Shown piece after piece: positions 55,498 through 63,452 of a stretch of DNA of 64,000 bases; position 1 is the stretch's first letter; each line of letters opens with the position of its first letter. A program made the position numbers and the translations under genes. The DNA is taken from the IMG/VR virus record IMGVR_UViG_3300031521_000009; one strand, given 5' to 3'. The stretch is from a virus. The notes beneath the pieces were generated by a model, which ran no database searches, was not told where the DNA came from, and was given only the letters and a program-made list of their open reading frames with translations.

Positions 55498-56283
55498 ATG
55501 AATATGCGTACAATAAAATTATCTATATCACAAGCTAAATTGGCAGTACAATCTAAGAGTAGATTGGAAGCTTTAGCATTTGCTATTCAGATAAAAGGTA
55601 TGTATGTTTCATCTTGTCTAATGGATTGCTCTTCTAGTGATAAAAGTATAAAATACTCTAAGCTAAAAGAGCAATTTCATTTAGGACATGACAAGATTAA
55701 GAGAATAATAAAAAATGGTATTGAATATAAATATATTCGATTTGAAAATGGAAAATTAATAGCTAATAAAATGTATTCTGAAAAAGAATTAATTATTCGT
55801 CTTGATTTCAATTCAAAAGAATCTCTTTATAACAATAATCAGATAAAATCTCTTATTCAAAAAACAGTTATTATTGACCATATCAATAAAATTTCATTTA
55901 TCAATGATACAATATATACGGTGAAGAATTGTAAAGTTTCTTATAAACAAAGAAAAACAGCAATGAAAAAATTATATAAGTATGCAGTGAATATTCCAAA
56001 TGAATTAATAGGATTGAGTTATGATAGCATTTCTAAAATTGCAAATGTAAATAAAAACAAAGCCATTTTTTATATCAAAGAGTTAGTGAGTAAAAATGTA
56101 ATAAATAAGTCAGTAAATCTTATTTTTACTGGTATTAAAGCTAAATCAAAAGATAAATCAATTCAAATTGAATATAAGAAAAATGGTAATAGTGGCTATT
56201 TAAGAAAAATAAATTATATGTATTACATACAAAGCAGTAATATATATTCTATATCCAATTTTAGTTTAATTAAGTATGCATGA
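55498..56283 (+). CDS. Putative replication initiator / winged-HTH DNA-binding protein, 261 aa
   Basis: Very basic; two HTH-like segments (YSKLKEQFHLGHDKIKRII; LSYDSISKIANVNKNKAIFYIKEL). Confidence 0.45.
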   Translation: MNMRTIKLSISQAKLAVQSKSRLEALAFAIQIKGMYVSSCLMDCSSSDKSIKYSKLKEQFHLGHDKIKRIIKNGIEYKYIRFENGKLIANKMYSEKELIIRLDFNSKESLYNNNQIKSLIQKTVIIDHINKISFINDTIYTVKNCKVSYKQRKTAMKKLYKYAVNIPNELIGLSYDSISKIANVNKNKAIFYIKELVSKNVINKSVNLIFTGIKAKSKDKSIQIEYKKNGNSGYLRKINYMYYIQSSNIYSISNFSLIKYA

Positions 56284-56327
56284 TTTCTTCACCCAAATAT
56301 ATGTGTAATAAAATAGGAGAGTAATAT

Positions 56328-56648
56328 ATGTCAATGAATAAAGAATTAATTGATAAATATGTTTTCAATTCAATTAAATATGGTTCTAAAGCAGAACAAC
56401 TTTTATTGAGTAAATTAATGATGTCTAATATTGATTTTAAATATAAATATAAAGTGCCTAATGATATAACTTATTACATGGCAAATTTTTATATTCCACA
56501 TAAAAATATAATTATCAATATTAGTCTTTCTATAAATGTCAAACAAGCAGAAATTGTCAAAGATGATTTTTGTAAAAGCAAAGGTTTTAAAGTCATTCGT
56601 ATTTTAGAATCAAACATTTCCTCATTTGATATTTCCTCTGTGCTATAA
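56328..56648 (+). CDS. DUF559/Vsr-like endonuclease-fold protein, apparently catalytically degenerate, 106 aa
   Basis: SKAEQLL...FKYKY..YYMANFYIP...IIINIS...DDFCKSKGFKVIRI. Confidence 0.65.
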   Translation: MSMNKELIDKYVFNSIKYGSKAEQLLLSKLMMSNIDFKYKYKVPNDITYYMANFYIPHKNIIINISLSINVKQAEIVKDDFCKSKGFKVIRILESNISSFDISSVL

Positions 56649-56678
56649 CTGCACAAACAAATCTATATTTATTTTATT

Positions 56679-58349
56679 ATGAATGAAATTGTTCAAATTC
56701 CATTAGTGTATATTGTTGCGTCCAAGTTAAACCCTCGGAAAACAATAAACCAAGACTCTATAATTGAGTTATCACAAAGTATTAAATCAGTAGGGTTGTT
56801 GCAGCCTATTACTGTACGTAAAATTGAAGAAGATGATTATCCAACAAATGATGTTTATGAAGTAATCATGGGTTATCGTCGTTATTGTGCATGTAGTCAT
56901 CTTGGAATGACAACAATGCCATGTATCATTGTAGAAATGGATGATGAAGAAGTACTGGATGCAATGATCATTGAGAACTTACAACGCCAGGATATCGAAC
57001 CTATGGATGAAGCGCGGGCATTTGCTAACCTCAATAACAAAGGTTGGACTGGTGAAGATATTGCTGTAAAGGTTGGTAAGCCGGTTCTATTTGTAATGCA
57101 TAGAATACGCTTGCTTGAGCTTATTGCTGAGTTTGTAAAAATGTTTGATGAAAATGAATTATCCATTTCTCATGCTTATGAATTATGTAAGCTTGACAAA
57201 GATATTCAGTTAGATATTTACAAAACTCGTTATAGCGAAGAAGCCAGTGATTACTATCGGTGGAATGATCTTAATCTAAAAGATTTAAAATCGAAAATAC
57301 AAAATCTTGCAAAGAACTTAGACAATGCTTCTTTTAGCTTGGCTGAGTGTATTACTTGTCAGTTTTGTACTTCTATCCATGGTTCTTTATTCCCGGACTA
57401 CAAAATCAATTCTTGTACTAATAGCTTCTGTTATGATGATAAAATCTTTGAACATCGTATGAACAATATTATTCTTGCACATGAAGAAGATACTACTATT
57501 ATGATTCGTTCATTAGGTACAAGTAATCGGGTTCTTGATAAGCTGAAAGAATTGCATATACCAGTTGTAGTGTTTAGTACCGAAGAATACGATTTTGAGC
57601 ATGATAAGAGCGATGATCTATCCTTTCATGATAAAATGGTCAAGAAAGGATTTGAAGCTGTTTACGGGCTTGATACATGGTCTGGTGGTGATAAGATGTT
57701 TTATATAAAAGCAAAGATTACCAAAAAAGATATTGCTGCTGCAGGAACAGTTCATCCGGAACTTATAAAGCTTGACAAAGACCTTGTTCGTAAAGAGGAA
57801 ATCAAAGAGGAAAAGATTAATGCTGATCTTAGAAGTCTTATTTCCGGTAGTAACTATCGTGAGATAAGTACACCACTACTTCCTATTGAAGAAACTGCTT
57901 TTATGGCTGTCATATTCTATATGGCTTCTAACAGTAAATTAAAAGAGATAAGAACAAAATTCAAGAAAGATTTGTCTTACATGGAAAACATACAAAACAT
58001 GTTACCCGAGGATATTATTACATTGAAACGCTGCTTTATCAAACAATGTATTGTTGGAACAGAAGTAACTCATGATGCAGATGTACAGAATATCCTTTCA
58101 AACATTTCTAATGTCTTTTACTCAGATAAGTTTGGGGAGATTGTCGAAGAACATACGGCTACATGTAACAAACGTAAGGATCGTATTGCTATTCGTAAAC
58201 AAGTCATTCTTGATGAATTGAATCCAGTAAAGAAAGAACTTGTTGAAAAGAAAACAGTATCATTAGCTGATGCTGATGCACAGGTACCTTATATCCCTAA
58301 GCAAAAAGAAGAAAATGAATATGTCAAATTTGGTAACATTGGAGAATAA
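56679..58349 (+). CDS. parB: ParB/RepB/Spo0J family protein, 556 aa
   Basis: NPRKT...ELSQSIKSVGLLQPITVR...YEVIMGYRRY...IIENLQRQDI, HTH; Cys-rich CxxC region. Confidence 0.88.
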   Translation: MNEIVQIPLVYIVASKLNPRKTINQDSIIELSQSIKSVGLLQPITVRKIEEDDYPTNDVYEVIMGYRRYCACSHLGMTTMPCIIVEMDDEEVLDAMIIENLQRQDIEPMDEARAFANLNNKGWTGEDIAVKVGKPVLFVMHRIRLLELIAEFVKMFDENELSISHAYELCKLDKDIQLDIYKTRYSEEASDYYRWNDLNLKDLKSKIQNLAKNLDNASFSLAECITCQFCTSIHGSLFPDYKINSCTNSFCYDDKIFEHRMNNIILAHEEDTTIMIRSLGTSNRVLDKLKELHIPVVVFSTEEYDFEHDKSDDLSFHDKMVKKGFEAVYGLDTWSGGDKMFYIKAKITKKDIAAAGTVHPELIKLDKDLVRKEEIKEEKINADLRSLISGSNYREISTPLLPIEETAFMAVIFYMASNSKLKEIRTKFKKDLSYMENIQNMLPEDIITLKRCFIKQCIVGTEVTHDADVQNILSNISNVFYSDKFGEIVEEHTATCNKRKDRIAIRKQVILDELNPVKKELVEKKTVSLADADAQVPYIPKQKEENEYVKFGNIGE

Positions 58350-59298
58350 TCAATTAGATAAGGATTTAATAAAAGAACACAATGAATTAATCAAATCAAA
58401 AAGCAAATCTCCTAGGATATATGAAATTCGAATGGCCATTTTTAAAAAATATAAATGTACATGGGATGATGAAACCGGATTAATTTATTTAGACCTTGAT
58501 TATAATCCAATTAAAGAAAGTTCAAACAAAAAAGAACAAGTAAAAAAACAAATAAGTGAAATTTCTATGAATGCAAAAAACATATTATTACAATGTACAG
58601 TAGTACAAAATCGCGTATATCTACCGGACGAACAAATCGACCGTAAGCTTTATATGGAAGTTGCAAAAGCGTTAGAACTTATCGGTGGTAAATGGACTGG
58701 TGGTAAAATAAAGGCCTTTGTGTTTGCTGAGGACCCAACAGATTTATTAGCCGAGATAGCTAGTGGTGAAAAACGTAATCTAAAGAAAGAACATCAATTC
58801 TTTGGTACTCCGCCAGAACTTGCTGACAGACTTATAGAACTTGCTCAATTAAACAACTTTGATCGTGTTCTAGAGCCTAGTGCCGGACAAGGTGCTATCG
58901 TTGAAGCAATGCAACGCAAATGGCATAATATCGTGCCTACATGTGTTGAGAATATGGGACTCAATTCTATTGTTCTTACAAAGAAACAGATTACCCATTT
59001 CTTTCAAGACTTTCTTACTTCAGAATGTAGTAAGCCATTTGATAAGGTTATCGCTAATCCACCATTCACAAAGAATCAGGATATTGATCATATCTATAAA
59101 ATGGTAGAAGTCTGTAAACCCGGGGGAATAGTGGTATCATGTGCTTCTAATCATTGGAGAGAATCAAAGAACAAGAAAGAAACTGAGTTCAGAGCTTTTC
59201 TTGATGGTATGGGTGCTGTTATCGAAGAAATACCAGCCGGTACCTTTAAAGAAAGTGGAACTATGATTGCAGCTTGTATTGTAATCATTCATGTATGA
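58321..59298 (+). CDS. N6-adenine DNA methyltransferase-like protein, 325 aa
   Basis: QFFGTP, motif I VLEPSAGQGAI, motif IV NPPF, FKESGT. Confidence 0.85.
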   Translation: MSNLVTLENNQLDKDLIKEHNELIKSKSKSPRIYEIRMAIFKKYKCTWDDETGLIYLDLDYNPIKESSNKKEQVKKQISEISMNAKNILLQCTVVQNRVYLPDEQIDRKLYMEVAKALELIGGKWTGGKIKAFVFAEDPTDLLAEIASGEKRNLKKEHQFFGTPPELADRLIELAQLNNFDRVLEPSAGQGAIVEAMQRKWHNIVPTCVENMGLNSIVLTKKQITHFFQDFLTSECSKPFDKVIANPPFTKNQDIDHIYKMVEVCKPGGIVVSCASNHWRESKNKKETEFRAFLDGMGAVIEEIPAGTFKESGTMIAACIVIIHV

Positions 59299-59504
59299 CA
59301 AACGATAGTACCTTGAATAATGACCTATTTGCTATGTATCAAGAGCAAGAAGCCCTTGAATTTAGTAGATGGGTCAATTCGGTAGAGAAGCATGTAAGTA
59401 CGCTTAAAACGAAGCTATGTAAGTCATGCAACAAAAACAAATTAGAAGTAGTAAGTATGTATAAAGCAGAATGTACAAATTGTCTAACATTAAACTCATT
59501 TTAA
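59295..59504 (+). CDS. Zn-ribbon small protein, 69 aa
   Basis: CKSC...CTNC; start MTNDS. Confidence 0.6.
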   Translation: MTNDSTLNNDLFAMYQEQEALEFSRWVNSVEKHVSTLKTKLCKSCNKNKLEVVSMYKAECTNCLTLNSF

Positions 59505-59505
59505 A

Positions 59506-59769
59506 ATGAAAAGAGAAAATATAAAACGTGCTTCTGAATTAAGTTCTGAAATAACTGGACTTGAACAATTGCTAGAAGATATAAAACTTCAAGAAAAAAC
59601 CAAAATTGTAAGTGGATTTTCAATTATGATTCCAGCAAATAGAAATTCATCTGGAGTTTCTATTACTAGATATATATCAAAAGAAATGAGAGATATATTA
59701 GTAATTCTAGCTAAAAATGAAGTAGAAAGAATTATTGCTGAAAAAGAAAAAGAAATCGAAACACTTTAA
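59506..59769 (+). CDS. Hypothetical protein, 87 aa
   Basis: Coiled-coil termini. Confidence 0.65.
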   Translation: MKRENIKRASELSSEITGLEQLLEDIKLQEKTKIVSGFSIMIPANRNSSGVSITRYISKEMRDILVILAKNEVERIIAEKEKEIETL

Positions 59770-59779
59770 ATAACACAAC

Positions 59780-60064
59780 ATGTCACAAGAAATAGAAAAG
59801 TTTATATCATTAATTAGAGATTCGTTTGTTGGTTCTCAGCAAGTATATACAAATGGAAGTTGTTATCATTTTTATCTTATACTTAAAAATATATATCCAA
59901 GTGCAAAATGTTGGTATGATGAAAGTCATATTATTACAGAAATTGATGGTAAGTTTTATGACATTACTGGAGAAGTACAAAAAAATTCAAATCTTTTAAT
60001 TATGGATCATCCAGCTCATTATAGTTTAAAAAATCCATTTAATATTTACAATATACAAAAATAA
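59780..60064 (+). CDS. Hypothetical protein with papain/transglutaminase-like Cys-His-Asp signature, 94 aa
   Basis: YTNGSCYHF...HIITEIDGKFYDITG. Confidence 0.6.
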   Translation: MSQEIEKFISLIRDSFVGSQQVYTNGSCYHFYLILKNIYPSAKCWYDESHIITEIDGKFYDITGEVQKNSNLLIMDHPAHYSLKNPFNIYNIQK

Positions 60065-60068
60065 AAAT

Positions 60069-61544
60069 ATGTCAGAAATTAAAATTCATATCAAGAATTA
60101 CAAACTTCTCAAAGAAGGAGAATGGGATTTATCAAATGGTACTATCTTCTTCGCACAAGGCGGAAACAAAAAAGGTAAGACTTCTTTCTTGAATCTTATC
60201 CAAGCACTCATGGAAGTAAAAGATACTACTGTCAATCCAGTAACTTTTGGTGAGAAAGAAGGATTTGCTACCGGTACAATACCTGGCGCTGATGGTTTAC
60301 AATACCAATTTCGTTACGACTTTAATATTGATGGTAAGAACAAATTTCAGTTCATTGCTCCAGACAATAAAGTTGTCAAAGGAATTACTGAAATGCGCGC
60401 TATCTTCAATTATACTCATTTTACATTGGAAGAGTTCTTTGAATGGAGTAAAACAGAACCGGGCCGTGCTAAACAACGTGCTATCTTCATGAACTTACTT
60501 TCAGAAAAAGAACGTGAAGAGATAATGAAAATAGATGCTGAGATTCATCCTACAAAAGGAACAATGATCGATTCGCGTAAAGAATTGAATAAGTCAGTTG
60601 ACTTCTTGAAAAAGAGTATTGACAATATCGTATTCAATCCGGAACAACAAAAACTTATTACTGATGCTCCGGCTATTCAAAAGTTGTTTACTGAACTTAC
60701 TGCTCGTAAAGAAGAGATTGATGAAACAATTAAAGGATTCGATACTTATCAAGTGAAGTTGGATGCAGAAAATGAAAAACTGGATCCACTAAAAAAATCA
60801 CATAATAAGCAAGTGGAAAGTCTTACTAACTCCATTCGTTTTGCCAAAGAAGAAATTGACCGTCTTACCAAAGAATTGGCAGCCGATGAAAAGAAACTGG
60901 AAACTGAGAATGCTGAGTACGAAACTTCTGAAAAAGCAATCACTGCAGCAATCACTGAATTGAATACTAAGTTCGATGTGAAAGTACTTGAAGCTGCAAA
61001 ATTAGAATTAGATGGTGATGGTACTGAAAAGAATATTGGTCTTGCCAAACGATTAGAGATTGGCCAGACAAAAATCAATCAGTATAATCAATTGGATGTA
61101 TTAGTAAAACAAAAAGCAAAGAATGAAGAAGATCATAAAAAGAAGGAAAGTGAAGTTAGTGAGTTGGACGAGAAGATTACGACTCTCCGCACCAAGAAAA
61201 AGGAAATCATCAAAAACAGTCAGAACATGCCGGTTGGTTGGTCGATTGATGATGATTATGTTACTATCGATAATATTCCTTTTCTGGAAACTGATATTTG
61301 TAAGTCGGAAGCGACTGCTGCTATTGCTCAATTGATGATGCGCGTAAATAAGGCTCCATTGATGCTTATGGGCGATGCTGAGGCCTTGGGATATGAAGTA
61401 CTCAATAAGCTTGAGGAAACAGCTAAGAGTCTTGGTAAGGTAATGCTATTCGCTGAACATGTTCGTTCTGCTGATGAAATGCAGTTGGTTGGTTATGATC
61501 AAATCGACCATGAAGTAAAGAAAGAAGATAAAGAATTATTTTAA
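60069..61544 (+). CDS. SMC/Rad50-like ATPase with long coiled coil, 491 aa
   Basis: IHIKNYK, Walker A GGNKKGKTS, coiled coil, C-terminal Walker B-like LMLMGDAE. Confidence 0.8.
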   Translation: MSEIKIHIKNYKLLKEGEWDLSNGTIFFAQGGNKKGKTSFLNLIQALMEVKDTTVNPVTFGEKEGFATGTIPGADGLQYQFRYDFNIDGKNKFQFIAPDNKVVKGITEMRAIFNYTHFTLEEFFEWSKTEPGRAKQRAIFMNLLSEKEREEIMKIDAEIHPTKGTMIDSRKELNKSVDFLKKSIDNIVFNPEQQKLITDAPAIQKLFTELTARKEEIDETIKGFDTYQVKLDAENEKLDPLKKSHNKQVESLTNSIRFAKEEIDRLTKELAADEKKLETENAEYETSEKAITAAITELNTKFDVKVLEAAKLELDGDGTEKNIGLAKRLEIGQTKINQYNQLDVLVKQKAKNEEDHKKKESEVSELDEKITTLRTKKKEIIKNSQNMPVGWSIDDDYVTIDNIPFLETDICKSEATAAIAQLMMRVNKAPLMLMGDAEALGYEVLNKLEETAKSLGKVMLFAEHVRSADEMQLVGYDQIDHEVKKEDKELF

Positions 61545-61545
61545 T

Positions 61546-61579
61546 AACTAGAACCTTCTCACTGGTATAGGTAAAGTGA
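61546..61579 (+). promoter_or_regulatory. Conserved leader motif, copy 1 (AACTAnAACCT-n-GGTATAGGTAA), pseudoknot-like
   Basis: ACCT/AGGT stem; loop TCACT pairs with 3' AGTGA; ends 9 nt before ATG 61589. Confidence 0.6.
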
Positions 61580-61588
61580 TATTCTATT

Positions 61589-61957
61589 ATGAGTGAAAAT
61601 ACTGGTTCAAGACCTGCAAGTATTGCAGAAGTTATTGCTCCTATTTGCTATCAAGCAAATAAAGCATTTTGCGAAAGTTATGGTGATTATTCTCAAAAAG
61701 ATTGGTATCAAGCCGATGATTGGCAAAAACAAAGTGCTATTAAAGGTGTACAATTTCGTATTGAAAATCCGGATGCTGGACATGATGCACAGCATAATTC
61801 ATGGATGGCTGAAAAAGTTGCTGATGGATGGGTATATGGAGAAAGTAAAAATGCAGAAGCAAAAACTCATTCATGTATTGTTTCTTTCGAACAATTACCT
61901 ATTTTCCAACAAAAGAAGGATGCATTATTCTGTGCTATTGTAGATTCTTTGAAATAA
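61589..61957 (+). CDS. Stand-alone RyR-domain protein, 122 aa
   Basis: HNSWMAEKVADGWVYG...KTHSCIVSFEQLP..QQKKD. Confidence 0.85.
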   Translation: MSENTGSRPASIAEVIAPICYQANKAFCESYGDYSQKDWYQADDWQKQSAIKGVQFRIENPDAGHDAQHNSWMAEKVADGWVYGESKNAEAKTHSCIVSFEQLPIFQQKKDALFCAIVDSLK

Positions 61958-61990
61958 AACTAAAACCTAGTGCGGTATAGGTAAGCCAAT
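61958..61990 (+). promoter_or_regulatory. Conserved leader motif, copy 2
   Basis: AACTAAAACCTAGTGCGGTATAGGTAAGCC upstream of ATG 61999. Confidence 0.6.
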
Positions 61991-61998
61991 CAATAATT

Positions 61999-62325
61999 AT
62001 GGATTTTATACAAGCTATCAACACTTATCCAATGATTCAAAGAATTGGATGGAATGGTAACGGACTATTTGTATTTCAACAAATACCTTCTGAAATACCA
62101 ATTTTTGTTGTCCTAAAAATGCAATCATTACCTGAAGCAGTAAAAGATGAATTTGCACGTCGTTTTGAAGTTCCAATGACAAAAGAAGAAGCAAAACCAT
62201 TTTTGTCTATTCGTTACAACAATCAATTAGCAATAGTTGATAAGGAAAACAATATCAATGGATGGGCACCTTCTGTTTCTGATGCATTGGCCGAGGATTG
62301 GATTGGATATATACCGGAGGTTTAA
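61999..62325 (+). CDS. tad2: DUF2829 / Tad2-family anti-defence sponge protein, 108 aa
   Basis: MDFIQAI...RIGWNGNGLFV...GWAPSVSDALAEDW. Confidence 0.82.
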   Translation: MDFIQAINTYPMIQRIGWNGNGLFVFQQIPSEIPIFVVLKMQSLPEAVKDEFARRFEVPMTKEEAKPFLSIRYNNQLAIVDKENNINGWAPSVSDALAEDWIGYIPEV

Positions 62326-62326
62326 A

Positions 62327-62692
62327 ATGGGAAAAGTATCAACAATTGATACCAAACGCAATCTTTGTGGTAATTGTAAAAGCAGCTACCCTGATTGCAC
62401 TGGTCAGCCGGAATTTGGCGATAATGTCGGAAATAATAATGTTATCCGATGTAAGAAGTATGTAAAGAAAAAAACAAATGTTGTTCGCGTATCAGTAGGT
62501 GAAGAGTATTTTGTTTATATTTTGAAAAATCAAAATGTTTCTATGAATGATTTCATTTCAAGAAAAAGAGTAGAAACAAACAACACTACAGATAATCTGT
62601 ATTATGAAGTTGGAAACTATTTTCTGACAGAGGGAGATTGCAAATCAGAGATTGAACGAGTAACAAAATTGAAACGTAATGGCACAAGGTAA
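62327..62692 (+). CDS. Hypothetical protein with N-terminal Cys cluster, 121 aa
   Basis: NLCGNCKSSYPDC...NVIRC; GNYFLT C-terminal motif. Confidence 0.65.
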   Translation: MGKVSTIDTKRNLCGNCKSSYPDCTGQPEFGDNVGNNNVIRCKKYVKKKTNVVRVSVGEEYFVYILKNQNVSMNDFISRKRVETNNTTDNLYYEVGNYFLTEGDCKSEIERVTKLKRNGTR

Positions 62693-63302
62693 ATTAATCA
62701 GTTTCGTACCACTGATGAAAAATGGCGTACAAGATACATATAGTGGAAGTAATGGTATGCTTTATAAGTTTACTGTTACTCTTGATAATGCCGGTACACA
62801 AGTAACCGGAACAGCAAATAGTAGCAAACAACAACCATCATGGAAGATTGGTGAAGAATATACTTATGAAGTAGCAATACAAGGAAACTATACCAATATC
62901 AAAAATATGAAGTCTATAAATCAGGCTGGTGGTTTTGGTGGCAGTGGTGCTCGTGTTCCTAATCCTAGCTTTGTAGTACAGAAATGTCTTGAAGCTTCAT
63001 TGGAATGTACTTTCAAATTCTTTGAACTTAATCCGGATGTGTACAAAAGTCAAGCTGCAGAAGATGGTGTATTGAATTTGTTCTATACATTCACATTAAA
63101 AGGTGATGAACAACAACGATGGATGAATATTGCCGGACTTCGCTTTGCCTTACAAAAGATGCAAGCGAATGGTATGTTTGATAAAGCAGAAGGAGTAACA
63201 CTTACTGCGTGGACTATTGAAAAGGCTAAAACTATTGCAGCTTCTATGTCCTCAGTAGTAAAAGCTCAAGTAGAATTTGAAAAGGCTAATCCACCCAAAT
63301 AA
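62679..63302 (+). CDS. Putative OB-fold ssDNA-binding protein, 207 aa
   Basis: YKFTVTLDN...GTANS...WKIGEEYTYEV...NIK followed by a Gly-rich linker. Confidence 0.55.
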   Translation: MAQGKLISFVPLMKNGVQDTYSGSNGMLYKFTVTLDNAGTQVTGTANSSKQQPSWKIGEEYTYEVAIQGNYTNIKNMKSINQAGGFGGSGARVPNPSFVVQKCLEASLECTFKFFELNPDVYKSQAAEDGVLNLFYTFTLKGDEQQRWMNIAGLRFALQKMQANGMFDKAEGVTLTAWTIEKAKTIAASMSSVVKAQVEFEKANPPK

Positions 63303-63305
63303 TTT

Positions 63306-63452
63306 ATGCCAGATAGATATTCAATTAAAAAGAATAAAGAGAATGGATTATTTAATGTTTATTTTGGAACAATGTATTGTTTTACTTATGATACTTATCA
63401 AGAAGCAAAAGACCATATTCAAAATATGAAAAAACGATATAAAAATGAGTAA
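63306..63452 (+). CDS. Hypothetical protein, 48 aa
   Basis: MPDRYSIKKNKENGLFNVYFG...; fills the gap. Confidence 0.5.
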   Translation: MPDRYSIKKNKENGLFNVYFGTMYCFTYDTYQEAKDHIQNMKKRYKNE

